Assembly: GCA_045863335.1 (NCBI GenBank)
Contig: BTVY01000006.1
Location: 96,001 to 160,000, forward strand
DNA from: Candidatus Hydrogenedentota bacterium
GTDB taxonomy: Bacteria > Hydrogenedentota > Hydrogenedentia > Hydrogenedentales > SLHB01
DNA length: 64,000 nt
Direction of reading: 5' to 3'
In this document: positions 50,509 through 60,174 of the stretch, in pieces
Numbering within the stretch: the first letter of the stretch is position 1
Layout of the letters: each line of letters opens with the position of its first letter
Translations under genes and position numbers: made by a program
Notes under the pieces: model-generated
Seen by the model: the letters and a program-made list of their open reading frames with translations, nothing else
The model's database searches: none
What the model was told of the DNA's origin: nothing

Positions 50509-53500
50509 CTACCGGATCGGCGGCAACTTGATATCCTGCCGCGACACCTGCCCGTCGATTACAGCCAGATCAACTTCATTCACGATCGGCTCGTAGAGGT
50601 TGTCCGGATCGAAGCGACTGATCTTCAGCACCAGGCGCCCGGCCCAGACGTCCTCAAAGCGAAAGCCTCCGTCGAGACCAGCTGTCGCGCGAACGCACTC
50701 GACGGTGTCGCCGGTCCGCCGCTCGAGCGATAGAAAGGCATAGTCGACAGGTTCGCCATCGGTGATGAGGGTACCTTCAACAGTGGCGGTACCGCGCTTG
50801 AACACGATGTCGACGTGAGCTTCCTTCCCCGGTTCGATGTGGAGCGTCTTCGTTACGGACCGCGAATTGGCGCCGCTGGCCGTCACGTTGATGCTCAGCA
50901 TGCCTTCCGACAAGTCGGCGAGTCGAAATGCACCATCGCGATCGGGCGCGAGAGAAGCTCCGGGAAGATGCGGCGCATCGGAGTAATAGGCGTTAATGAA
51001 GAGCCTGCCGACGTCCAGATTGCCGGACTGAATCGCACCGGTTACCGCTGCGGATTCCGGCAAGACGATACGGCCTTCTCCAGGCACCTCGGTTACGCCG
51101 GCGCCATATCCCGGATGGTAGGCGCAGACGCGTTTTGCGTCCCGGGGCAGGCCCCCAATGGTGAAGTGGCCCCGCGTATCGGAGCGCACAGCCGCCGCGC
51201 GGTCTATGCGATCCAGCGATACGCCAGTCACAAAGTACACTGCGGCGTTTGCGACCGGTTCGCCGGTTTCATTGACCACGATACCCTCGAAGGATGGCAC
51301 GGTTGCAAGCATGAACTCCGCGTTGCTCGACTCGTTCTCCTCCACCTCCACGTGCTGGAGTACCGGCGCGTAACCCGGCGCCCATGCAGCCACGGTATAG
51401 GTGCCAACCTGCATTTGACCGATAGAGAACGCGCCATCGGCGCTTTCAATGGGACTGCCGCTGCCATACAGGGTTTCGTTGAACTCATGGACCTCGCCCA
51501 TGACAAACGCCAAGGTGTACGCCGACAGGGGCTCGCCGGTCTCCGCGCGGATTACCCGCCCCGCCAGGTTTCCGCGACCCTTCAAGATAATCTCCGCGTC
51601 CATGGTTCTCGCGGCGAACCGCCCGCTACCGCGGGAGTAGTCCTCGTGCTCAACGGTAATTCCATAGACCTTGTCTTCGAGACCCGTCACCATGAACATG
51701 CCGTCCCCATCCGTGTACGTACTCTCCATGCCGCCGTCCGCGAAACACATGACCCGCGCGCGCTCGACGGGTTCTCCTGCGCTGTCCACCACTCGCCCCG
51801 CGACGGCCATGCCGCCTTTCTCGCCGTATACGATTTCGAAGCCTTCGATCGTTTCGCCGGGTTCTGGGCGGATTCGCGCGTACTCTTCGGCCGAACTGAA
51901 CCCGTTGACTCCTTTCGGCGTGACGATAATGCCGAATTCCGTGCTGACAAGACCTTCGATGAAGAATCGCCCGTCTCCATCAGCTTCCCCAGACGGACCA
52001 TAGCGAAGCACATCCGATCCCGTGCGCAAGAGATGTAGCTGTGCGCCGGACATGGGAGCGCCGGATGCGTCGAGGACCGTCCCTCGAATCGATGCCGACT
52101 TCGGCCGGTCGAGCATCAATACCACGCCTTCCAGTCCCTCTTCCGGAAGAGGAAACGCGCCTTCGGCCTGACTCTCGGCGTTTTCAGTTTGCGCCTGTAC
52201 TTGAAGCTGATCCGAGATCTCGGGCAGGTAGATCGTAAATGCGCCCTCCCCATCGGACGCGCCGCGGATTGGATTGGGTGTCGTGGGGATCGCCGCCACG
52301 ACCTCCGCACCATTGACCGGCTGGCCATTCGCGTCGACCACCAGTCCCGACACCGGAATTCCGGGCGTAAGCGCGAAATCGACATCGCTCACGGGCTCGT
52401 GGTTCGTCAACTTCACGGAGACGCGCTGACTGCCTCGGGGATCAGGATAACGTTCAATGTCTTCCAGACTAACGGAGTACATTCCATCTTGAATGGGTGG
52501 AATGGAATACCGCCCGTTTTCATCCGTCGGATTGCTGCGTGCGACATGCCCCCCTCCGCCCGCGGGATAGACATTGGCGCGGACGCCTGCGATGCCGTCG
52601 CCCGTCTTAGCGTCGTAAACGCGCCCGCGAATGGAGAAAGGTTCCGTCTGCTGGGCGGGCGCGGCTGCGAGTCGCTGCACGTCTTGATTCGGTGCGGATT
52701 CAGGCACCACCTCAGTGACCGTTTCTTCGCCTTTCGCGGCGACACGTGAAGCATCCGCAGGTCGCGACGGACTCGCAGGTTCCGGAGCCGAGTTTGGTGC
52801 GGTGAAAACATACCAACTCGCCGCCAACGCCAGAATCACTCCCGCGACTCCGATCGCTACCTTTCCTGCGATTGCGGCAGACAACACTCCCGCGCCGGTC
52901 GATGAGATTGAACCGGACATGGCCAGTTTGCTCAGCCTTGCGACGAGGTGCGCGGGCGCTGCTTCGGCGGTCGTGCTCAATACGGCGGCGAACCCTGCAA
53001 CAGTGGCCGCAACGCCTTTACGCTGCAACGTTTGCCGGACCCGTTCGACGCCTTGTTCCACTCGATACCGGATCGCCGATTCCGACACGCCCAGTTCCGC
53101 GGCCATCTCGGTGTGCGTGCGGTTTTCGAGAAGTCGGCCCACCACGGCCACCCGGTAGTTCTCCGGCAGGGACGCGATCGCCTCGTCTACGTGGGCGATA
53201 ATCTCGCCGACGGAGACGTCTTGCGATTCATGTGCGTCGTGTGCCGCCGCGTAGTCGCTTTCCCGCTGCCGCCGCCGCTTCTCGCCTTTCAGCCGGTCGA
53301 TGCTTCTGCGAACGGCGATGGTGTGCAGCCACGCCCCTAAAGAGGACCGCACCGCGTCCCGGCTTTGCATGAGCGCAATGAAGCACTCCTGGGCCACGTC
53401 TTCCGCCAGCGCGGGGTCGCGGACGATTCGTTTGCAGCTCGAGATGACCATGCCGGAATGGCGGTGCACCAATTCCGCAAATGCTTCGGCATCCCTGCGC

Positions 53501-53538
53501 CGCTGCCACTGTTCAAGCAATGCCGCATCTGTCGTCAT
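50509..53538 (-). CDS. ECF sigma factor fused to a TM helix and carboxypeptidase-regulatory-like repeats
   Basis: AFAELV.RH, AEDVAQE.F, GAWL, SLPENYR region 4; repeated GRV.D..G.P...A.V modules. Confidence 0.88.
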   Translation of the reverse strand: MTTDAALLEQWQRRRDAEAFAELVHRHSGMVISSCKRIVRDPALAEDVAQECFIALMQSRDAVRSSLGAWLHTIAVRRSIDRLKGEKRRRQRESDYAAAHDAHESQDVSVGEIIAHVDEAIASLPENYRVAVVGRLLENRTHTEMAAELGVSESAIRYRVEQGVERVRQTLQRKGVAATVAGFAAVLSTTAEAAPAHLVARLSKLAMSGSISSTGAGVLSAAIAGKVAIGVAGVILALAASWYVFTAPNSAPEPASPSRPADASRVAAKGEETVTEVVPESAPNQDVQRLAAAPAQQTEPFSIRGRVYDAKTGDGIAGVRANVYPAGGGGHVARSNPTDENGRYSIPPIQDGMYSVSLEDIERYPDPRGSQRVSVKLTNHEPVSDVDFALTPGIPVSGLVVDANGQPVNGAEVVAAIPTTPNPIRGASDGEGAFTIYLPEISDQLQVQAQTENAESQAEGAFPLPEEGLEGVVLMLDRPKSASIRGTVLDASGAPMSGAQLHLLRTGSDVLRYGPSGEADGDGRFFIEGLVSTEFGIIVTPKGVNGFSSAEEYARIRPEPGETIEGFEIVYGEKGGMAVAGRVVDSAGEPVERARVMCFADGGMESTYTDGDGMFMVTGLEDKVYGITVEHEDYSRGSGRFAARTMDAEIILKGRGNLAGRVIRAETGEPLSAYTLAFVMGEVHEFNETLYGSGSPIESADGAFSIGQMQVGTYTVAAWAPGYAPVLQHVEVEENESSNAEFMLATVPSFEGIVVNETGEPVANAAVYFVTGVSLDRIDRAAAVRSDTRGHFTIGGLPRDAKRVCAYHPGYGAGVTEVPGEGRIVLPESAAVTGAIQSGNLDVGRLFINAYYSDAPHLPGASLAPDRDGAFRLADLSEGMLSINVTASGANSRSVTKTLHIEPGKEAHVDIVFKRGTATVEGTLITDGEPVDYAFLSLERRTGDTVECVRATAGLDGGFRFEDVWAGRLVLKISRFDPDNLYEPIVNEVDLAVIDGQVSRQDIKLPPIR

Positions 53539-53772
53539 AAGGGGTCTCCCGAGTTGATTATCAAGTTCACCCCTATGTCGACACAAGACAGCGAAATCGC
53601 AATGGGAGCGGGCGCGAGTCCGGGGGCCTGCCGGGAATACGACCCCGGCGGCGCAGGCCCACCGCGTTGCCAATTCTCGCCATGAAACTCTGGTTTTGGC
53701 TATACTACACGGCAATGATCGGTCAGGTATTCTGACGGTATTTCCCCGCGATTCGTACAAGAGAGCGCTTTC

Positions 53773-55071
53773 ATGCAACGACGTATCACGCCGATTCTGG
53801 CGACTGCCTTCGCGACTATCGTCTTGCTGTGCGCGGGTTGCCAACATGTACCCGAAGAGGCCAAGCCATCGCTATCCCTCACCGACGAACCACTGGATGA
53901 AACACTGCTCGCGGAACTTGACGAACGGTTAGGGGGCTTGGTGCAGGATCGGGCTATGGTCGGCATGTCAGCGGCGATCGTGCGTCGCGGCAAACCGGTT
54001 TGGTCGAAGGGGTACGGGTTTGCCGACCTGGAGGAAGGCGTCGCGGCAACGCCGGACACGCCGTATCGCTTGGGTGGATGTTCCGAGGCCCTGGCGGCGG
54101 TCCTGCTCATGAAACTCGTGGAGGAGGGCGTGGTCGGCCTTGATGATCGGCTTGTGGACTACCGGCTGCACTCTTGGTATCCGGGCGCTGTCGCGCAGGA
54201 ATCCCGCTATTCCGGCGACGTGTTGATACGGCATGTCCTCTCCAATTCCGCCCAGGGAACGCCGGGGCATGGGTACCGGTACGCTCCATCCATCTTCGTG
54301 GACCTGACGTGGGTGGTCGAGGAGGGGTCGGGCCTCCCATATCCGAGCGCGCTCGTAGAGTACATCACCGGCCCGGCAAACATGGGGCGCACAGTGCCGG
54401 GCCAGCTTGCTCCGGGATACGACACGGTGTTGGCCGAACTTGCGAAACCGTACGACGCGGGCACTGACAGTCCGCTCGTCGCCGCATATCGCGTCTTGGG
54501 GTTGAAACGGCTACTCGAAGGCTTACGCGACAAACCCATCGAACCGGTGGAACTCGATCCGGCGCTGGAAGAATCGCGGCGGGAGGTCTTGGGTGCCGCA
54601 TATACGCCGTTGTATGGCGTGAATGCGAGCCGGGGCGTAATCTCGTCGGTTGTAGACCTGGTGAAATTCGACCGCGCGTTGGATGAAGGCGAGTTACTGT
54701 CGGACGCCGGGCGCAACATGATGTGGACTTCGGCAAAAACGCCGTCCGGGGAATCCTTGCCGCAAGGGCTCGGGTGGTTCGTGCAAGATTATCATGGGAA
54801 GAAGGTGGTCTGGCAGTTTGGGGATTCGGCTCCGTCAGTGTCGGCGCTGTACATCAAAGTTCTCGACAATGCGACGACGTTTATTGCGCTGGCAAACACG
54901 GACCGGCTTTGTGCCGGCTACGATATGGCGGCGGGGGATGTGACGGCGAGCCCATTCGGGAAACTGTTCCTTGACGCCGTCATTGGTGGAACCGATCCGG
55001 CTCCGCAGATTGCAGATGAACAACCCCGGGCCGGCGCGCGGGGCCGCTCGCGTTCTCGATTGGCGCGGTAA
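53773..55071 (+). CDS. Beta-lactamase-family serine-hydrolase-like lipoprotein with an altered catalytic motif
   Basis: KGYGFADLE, TPDTPYRL, IRHVLS, SSVVDL.KF, GLGW; the SxxK position reads GCSE. Confidence 0.8.
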   Translation: MQRRITPILATAFATIVLLCAGCQHVPEEAKPSLSLTDEPLDETLLAELDERLGGLVQDRAMVGMSAAIVRRGKPVWSKGYGFADLEEGVAATPDTPYRLGGCSEALAAVLLMKLVEEGVVGLDDRLVDYRLHSWYPGAVAQESRYSGDVLIRHVLSNSAQGTPGHGYRYAPSIFVDLTWVVEEGSGLPYPSALVEYITGPANMGRTVPGQLAPGYDTVLAELAKPYDAGTDSPLVAAYRVLGLKRLLEGLRDKPIEPVELDPALEESRREVLGAAYTPLYGVNASRGVISSVVDLVKFDRALDEGELLSDAGRNMMWTSAKTPSGESLPQGLGWFVQDYHGKKVVWQFGDSAPSVSALYIKVLDNATTFIALANTDRLCAGYDMAAGDVTASPFGKLFLDAVIGGTDPAPQIADEQPRAGARGRSRSRLAR

Positions 55072-55210
55072 CGGGGCAGCTTCCCACAGCGCTTCGCGCT
55101 ACCCCATACTTCGGTCCCCTTCCAACCCCGAGCGACGATGCGCCACTGCAATGCCGGGGTCCAAATGAATAGAGAGTACTCAGCCTATGCTCCATTCCTC
55201 ACCGCGTCGC

Positions 55211-55431
55211 GCGGCACAGACAATGAGCAACTTGCATCCGGGTGGGCAGCAACGCGGGTAATGGGAATGTAGGGCACACCCCAGACCCTTCTGTCATCGA
55301 ACCAGTCGTGTCTCCACGTAAGCCATTGTCTATCAGCACTATCGGAAGCACTCCGCCTGGCCCGAACAACGTAGAGGATCCGGGGTACACCCCCTGGATT
55401 CGCCAGATCATGTTCCGAAAGAGGGTGCCGC
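55211..55431 (+). ncRNA. Candidate structured RNA between convergent genes
   Basis: Nested stems GCGGCAC/GTGCCGC, AGACAATG/CATTGTCT, TCGGAA/TTCCGA, CTGGC/GCCAG, GGATCCGGGG/CCCTGGATTC. Confidence 0.45.
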
Positions 55432-55467
55432 CAAACCGCGTTCTACTGCGGGAATTGCGCGATACCG

Positions 55468-57756
55468 TTACGCGAAAACGTCGTGAAGCGGCGAGAATGC
55501 GAGACGACGGACACGGGTGCGGTAGAAGACCTTTTCAACGAACTGGGCCATGGCGTCGGGTCCGACGTCGGTGTCGCCGAGGACGATGCGGGTCTCCGCG
55601 CCGGAGTCCAGCAGGGCGTGGAAGATGCCTTCGAGACGCGCTCGATCCATAGGAGTGAGGGCGGGGTCGTCCGCTGGGCTTGTGCCAGGTGTGTATCCGA
55701 TATCGTGGGTGAGGGCGTCCGCTTTAACCACGGCGCGGGTCTTCGCGGGGAATTGGTGGAGATCGAGGGTAGCGAACCGGCGAGCCACTTCTGGCATCGC
55801 GCTTGCCGCGATTTGGACGTTTAGGTGTTCCGCGGCGGCGAGGGACGCCGTGAAGGATCGCACATGATTCAGGATACGCAGGCCCGTTTCGATGGCGTTC
55901 TGGCTGGTGTGCAATCTGCGAGACAGGAGGCTGTGGACGCACTCGTTCAGCCCGACGACGCCGATGCGGTAGGCGGCGGATTCCAGATTGAGGTAGGGCT
56001 GGCTGTCGTGGGCGAAGGTCAACATGCTGAGGGCGCCCACGTCGCGGAACGCCAGGAGGCGTTCCAGAAAGCGGCGCGTCTCATCGTGGGCTTGGACCGC
56101 CAAAACAACCGTTTTCTCTATCTCCGCAACCAGTTCACTTTCGCTTGCAGCCCGGTATGCCGCCCTCGGTAGATTGATGCTGATTTCCTGCGCCGTAACG
56201 TGACGACAAGCCCAGCCTGCCGTTTCTTCGGGTTCGGTACTTCTTCGGTCAAAGACAAAGCGCAGCCGTGTCCGAAGCAAGGGGTCCGCCAGAGCGTACG
56301 CGAGAAACTCGTCGTGACCGGGCGACGCAAAGAAATCGTCGGACACGTGGATCAGCGGCGCCCAATCGCGGTCGCGGCATTGCTGGGAGCGGGTTTCCTT
56401 GAATACTTCCAGAAGTTCCCAGGCAAAACGCCGCGCGTCCGGCAGGTAGTCACTGTAGGGGCGCCCCGCCGGCAACCCGCCGGGACCAACCGCCTCCACG
56501 CCGGCCAGCGCCGGAGGGACTGTCCAAACCAGCGAGATTTCAGTAGGCGGGTCAGCGTGGCAAAGACTCTTGGCGCCACTCTGAGATAAACCGAACACGA
56601 GCATGTGCGCAAGTTGCCGGAGTTGGCGCGCATCGGCTGTCGCGAGAAATGGCGCGAGAAGCAGATTGAACGCGTCCCACGTCGTGTTGCGCGTGAAATG
56701 GTGGTGAAGAGTCGTATTGAACTGGGAAACCTGGGCAATGAGCGTTTCCGCACTCAAGGGAAGCGGCACATAGCGGTCGGTCGCGGCAAAGGGCAATCCG
56801 AAACGCTTGATGTACTCCAGGGAATGGTGTGCGCTGTGGAGCCGGTCCACTCGGCCAAGGTCGTGGATGTGAAGGTCGCCGCGGAGATGGGCGTCAGCCG
56901 TTTCCTGTGAATAGACCTGAGACAGGGCAAATTCCTTCTTAACCCGTTCAGCCAAGGCAATATCCGTGCGGGTGGGGTCGAAAAACCCTTCCACCTCGCC
57001 CTGGTTGGGTGCGCAGATGATGCGTTCCGCGTCGAAAAGTGGGACACCCAGCCGCATGTGTTTGCGGCGATACTCTTCGAGGCCATGTTCGACGAGTTTG
57101 GCGTCGACCAGTTCGCGAACCAGCGATGCGGTCAAGGTTTGGACCGAGGCCCGGGCGATTTGTTCTTCCACTTCCAGAGCGATAACCCGGGCGAGGCCCT
57201 CGGCCATACCGGTTTCCCGCGTGAGAGCCGAAACGATCCGTTCGCGATCCCAGCCGTCAAAGCGTTCATCGCTGGTGCGCACAAAGAGCGGGCGGACCCC
57301 GCTGCTTTCCGCGTCGTCGGCCGCCTGACGCGCCTCGTCGAGTTCGTGAAGGATGGCCCTCACGTCGCCACCGCGGAGTTTGCGGATGCGCGCGCGCTTG
57401 TCGCGGTAGCGCACGTAAGCCAGCGCCGTCTTGGTGTGGCCCAATTCGATGAGCACTTTCTCGACCGCGTCGTGAACTTGATCGACGTTTGGGGTCCTGC
57501 CATCGACGCGTTTGCTCAGGTAGATGGTCACGCCTGTGGCGAGGCTTTCCGCGCGGTCCCGATCTTCGCCGCCGATGGTGCGGGCGGCATTAAAGATGGC
57601 GTCGGCGATCTTGGTTTTCTCAAAGGGAACCGTGCGGCCATCGCGTTTGACGATGGCGTCGATGAGGGATGGCGCTTCGACGTACGGCGTTTCAAACGAA
57701 AGCTGCGCGTCAAAGACACCTTCGCGCACCCGTTGCAATCCGGGCGTGGTCAGCAT
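55468..57756 (-). CDS. nrdD: Anaerobic (class III) ribonucleotide-reductase paralog with two ATP cones, lacking catalytic and glycyl-radical motifs
   Basis: IVKRDG and VRTS ATP cones, AHLRGDLHIHDLG, INLPR, RFATLD; no C-terminal CxxC or RxxGY. Confidence 0.8.
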   Translation of the reverse strand: MLTTPGLQRVREGVFDAQLSFETPYVEAPSLIDAIVKRDGRTVPFEKTKIADAIFNAARTIGGEDRDRAESLATGVTIYLSKRVDGRTPNVDQVHDAVEKVLIELGHTKTALAYVRYRDKRARIRKLRGGDVRAILHELDEARQAADDAESSGVRPLFVRTSDERFDGWDRERIVSALTRETGMAEGLARVIALEVEEQIARASVQTLTASLVRELVDAKLVEHGLEEYRRKHMRLGVPLFDAERIICAPNQGEVEGFFDPTRTDIALAERVKKEFALSQVYSQETADAHLRGDLHIHDLGRVDRLHSAHHSLEYIKRFGLPFAATDRYVPLPLSAETLIAQVSQFNTTLHHHFTRNTTWDAFNLLLAPFLATADARQLRQLAHMLVFGLSQSGAKSLCHADPPTEISLVWTVPPALAGVEAVGPGGLPAGRPYSDYLPDARRFAWELLEVFKETRSQQCRDRDWAPLIHVSDDFFASPGHDEFLAYALADPLLRTRLRFVFDRRSTEPEETAGWACRHVTAQEISINLPRAAYRAASESELVAEIEKTVVLAVQAHDETRRFLERLLAFRDVGALSMLTFAHDSQPYLNLESAAYRIGVVGLNECVHSLLSRRLHTSQNAIETGLRILNHVRSFTASLAAAEHLNVQIAASAMPEVARRFATLDLHQFPAKTRAVVKADALTHDIGYTPGTSPADDPALTPMDRARLEGIFHALLDSGAETRIVLGDTDVGPDAMAQFVEKVFYRTRVRRLAFSPLHDVFA

Positions 57757-58050
57757 CTCCTGAGAATGGTCGTCCAACGTTGCTCCGCCACTTCTGAAAC
57801 CGGCGCCCCTCCGCAAAGGCGCCGGGCAAAAAATAGAACCTACGGCTTAATGAGAATGTGATTGCGAAAGCACTCTACCCCAGCAAGTGCAACTTGCAGT
57901 CTAGCGCATGATCGGCAAAGACACAAGGGGGAATTTTCAAGGAATGGAAACTGCCCGCAACCGATGATGATTCATTCGAGGTGGAGCGGCGCGGGACCCC
58001 GTGTGATATGCTTGGGCTGTTTATCACGATTTGGAAGGGCAAGGGAAGAT

Positions 58051-59055
58051 ATGAACAAGATGCATGTGGCGGTGTTGATGGGGGGCGTGAGTTCCGAGCA
58101 CGAGGTGTCGTTGAAGAGCGGCGCCATGGTGGCGGGGAACCTCGATCGATCGCGTTTCGACACGACGCCGGTAATCATCACGCGGGACGGGCAGTGGAAG
58201 TTTCCCAGCGAGCGGGCTTTATCCGTGGGCGCGGGATTGGCTCGGTTGGAAGAGCTTGGCGTCGACTGCGTGTTTATCGCGCTTCACGGCCCCTTTGGGG
58301 AGGACGGACGGGTCCAGGGACTACTCGACGTGTTCGGTATTCCATACACCGCGTCGGGGTGCGCAGCCAGCGCGTTGGCGATGGACAAGATTCATTCCAA
58401 GGCGGTGGTGCGCCAGGCAGGCGTGCGTGTGGCAGATCAAATCATCCTGCAACGTTCCGAATGGGACCATGCGTTCGAGCACGTTATGACGCGGGTGAGT
58501 TCCGAAATTGGTTTTCCTTGCCTGATCAAGAGCCCATGCCAGGGGTCCAGCCTGGGTATGGCGATTCCCAAAGATGCGGGCGCCTTTCGGACATCCTTGC
58601 TCGAGGTATTTGCCTACGGCGACCTGGTCATGGTTGAGAAGTTCGTCAAAGGTGTCGAAGTGACTTGTGCGGTGCTGGACGTGGAACCAGGGAAACCGCC
58701 GCGGGCCTTGCCGGTGACGGAAATCTGCCCGGTTTCGTCGGAGTTTTTTGACTACAAGGCCAAGTACACGCCGGGCGAATGCAACGAGATTACGCCCGCG
58801 CGAATCTCGAAGGAAGCGACCCGGAAAGTACAGGCAATGGCGGAGCGTGTGCATACCGTCGTGGGTTGTAAGGGCTTGAGCCGCAGTGATATGATACTGG
58901 ACGGCGACGATCCGGTGTGGATCGAGGTCAATACCATTCCCGGGATGACCGAAACGTCGCTCTATCCCCAGGCCGCTGCGGCGGCGGGCATCTCGTTCCC
59001 CGAGTTGCTTACGTTGTTTGTGGAAGAAGCCATGGCGCGCGGCCGCGCTAGCTGA
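58051..59055 (+). CDS. ddl: D-alanine--D-alanine ligase
   Basis: GGVSSEHEVSLKSG, LHGPFGEDG, GSS, FFDYKAKY, EVNTIPGMTETS. Confidence 0.96.
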   Translation: MNKMHVAVLMGGVSSEHEVSLKSGAMVAGNLDRSRFDTTPVIITRDGQWKFPSERALSVGAGLARLEELGVDCVFIALHGPFGEDGRVQGLLDVFGIPYTASGCAASALAMDKIHSKAVVRQAGVRVADQIILQRSEWDHAFEHVMTRVSSEIGFPCLIKSPCQGSSLGMAIPKDAGAFRTSLLEVFAYGDLVMVEKFVKGVEVTCAVLDVEPGKPPRALPVTEICPVSSEFFDYKAKYTPGECNEITPARISKEATRKVQAMAERVHTVVGCKGLSRSDMILDGDDPVWIEVNTIPGMTETSLYPQAAAAAGISFPELLTLFVEEAMARGRAS

Positions 59056-59068
59056 TTAGAAGGCACCC

Positions 59069-59917
59069 ATGTCAATCGAATTCACCAAAATGCACGGTCT
59101 CGGCAATGACTACCTGTTTATCGACGGGGCGCGGTTTGCTATTACCGACCCGGCGGAACTGTCGCGGCAGATGAGCCATCGCCATCTCGGCGCGGGGTCC
59201 GACGGGATCATCCTGGTGAATCCCGGCCAAAACGGCGCGGATTTCGCCATGCGGATATTCAACGCCGACGGCAGCGAGGCGGAGACTTGCGGGAACGGGA
59301 TTCGCTGTTTTGCAAAGTACGTCTTCGAGCGGGGTATGACGGACAAGACGGATTTCGTGATCGATACGCTTGCGGGACCTAACCGGGTGAAGTTGACGTT
59401 GTCGGACGAATCGGACCGATCGGTCGGATCAGTCCGATCAAACATGGGGCAACCTCGATTCGAGAGGGCGGAAATCCCCATGGAAGGCCCGGCGGGCCGG
59501 GTTATCGAGGAAGATCTTGATGTGGACGGCGTCACGATGAAAGTGACCTGCGCGAACATCGGAAATCCGCACGCGGTGTTTTTTGTGGACGATGCGACTG
59601 CGGTTCCGTTGGCCGAGATTGGTCCGAAGGTGGAACGCCATCCCAAGTTTCCGCAGCGGACCAATGTGGAATTCGTGACCGTTCAGGATCGGCAGAACAT
59701 GGTGATGCGGATCTGGGAACGGGGCAGCGGCATCACGATGGCCAGCGGAAGCGGTTCCTGCGGATCGGCGTTGGCCGCGATGATCACGGACCGGGTCGAC
59801 CGGCGCGTGAACGTCCACCTCGTATTTGGGACATTGACGATTGAATGGGCCGACGACGGGAATGTGTATCAGGAAGGCCCGGCGACGGAAGTGTATACCG
59901 GTACCTGGGAGGGCTAA
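59069..59917 (+). CDS. dapF: Diaminopimelate epimerase
   Basis: FTKMHGLGND, NADGSEAETCGNG, GNPH, NVEF, WERG.G; the second catalytic Cys position reads MASGSG. Confidence 0.93.
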   Translation: MSIEFTKMHGLGNDYLFIDGARFAITDPAELSRQMSHRHLGAGSDGIILVNPGQNGADFAMRIFNADGSEAETCGNGIRCFAKYVFERGMTDKTDFVIDTLAGPNRVKLTLSDESDRSVGSVRSNMGQPRFERAEIPMEGPAGRVIEEDLDVDGVTMKVTCANIGNPHAVFFVDDATAVPLAEIGPKVERHPKFPQRTNVEFVTVQDRQNMVMRIWERGSGITMASGSGSCGSALAAMITDRVDRRVNVHLVFGTLTIEWADDGNVYQEGPATEVYTGTWEG

Positions 59918-59956
59918 GCCGCCCAGTCCGATCCCCCGAACGCGAAAGGAGGCGTC

Positions 59957-60157
59957 ATGAGCGCGCAGCAAGGCTTGCGCCGTTCCAGCAATGCAATGAT
60001 CGCAGGGGTGTGCGGCGGAATCGCGGAAAGCCTGAATATCGATCCGACGATCGTCCGGCTGGTGTATGTGCTGGTTTCCTTTTTCAGCGCGGCTTTTCCG
60101 GGGATTATCGTGTACATCGTTCTGTGGGTGGTCATGCCGCCGCCTGAGGGCAGGTAG
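59957..60157 (+). CDS. pspC: PspC domain protein
   Basis: LRRS...MIAGVCGGIAE...IDPTIVRL, YIVLW.VMP. Confidence 0.9.
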   Translation: MSAQQGLRRSSNAMIAGVCGGIAESLNIDPTIVRLVYVLVSFFSAAFPGIIVYIVLWVVMPPPEGR

Positions 60158-60174
60158 AGGGGGCAATTGGGGTT

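Noticed and set aside
55255-55300. AATGGGAA...GGGCACACCC resembling a cobalamin riboswitch core
   Set aside because: The GGTGnAAnTCC T-loop and B12 box are absent and there is no downstream gene on that strand; kept only as part of an unassigned RNA candidate.
55199-55411. 70-aa minus-strand ORF downstream of the nrdD paralog as the missing glycyl-radical domain
   Set aside because: It has no CxxC pairs or RxxGY motif; the region is better explained by RNA structure.
57757-58050. NrdR boxes upstream of the nrdD paralog
   Set aside because: No convincing match was found by eye.
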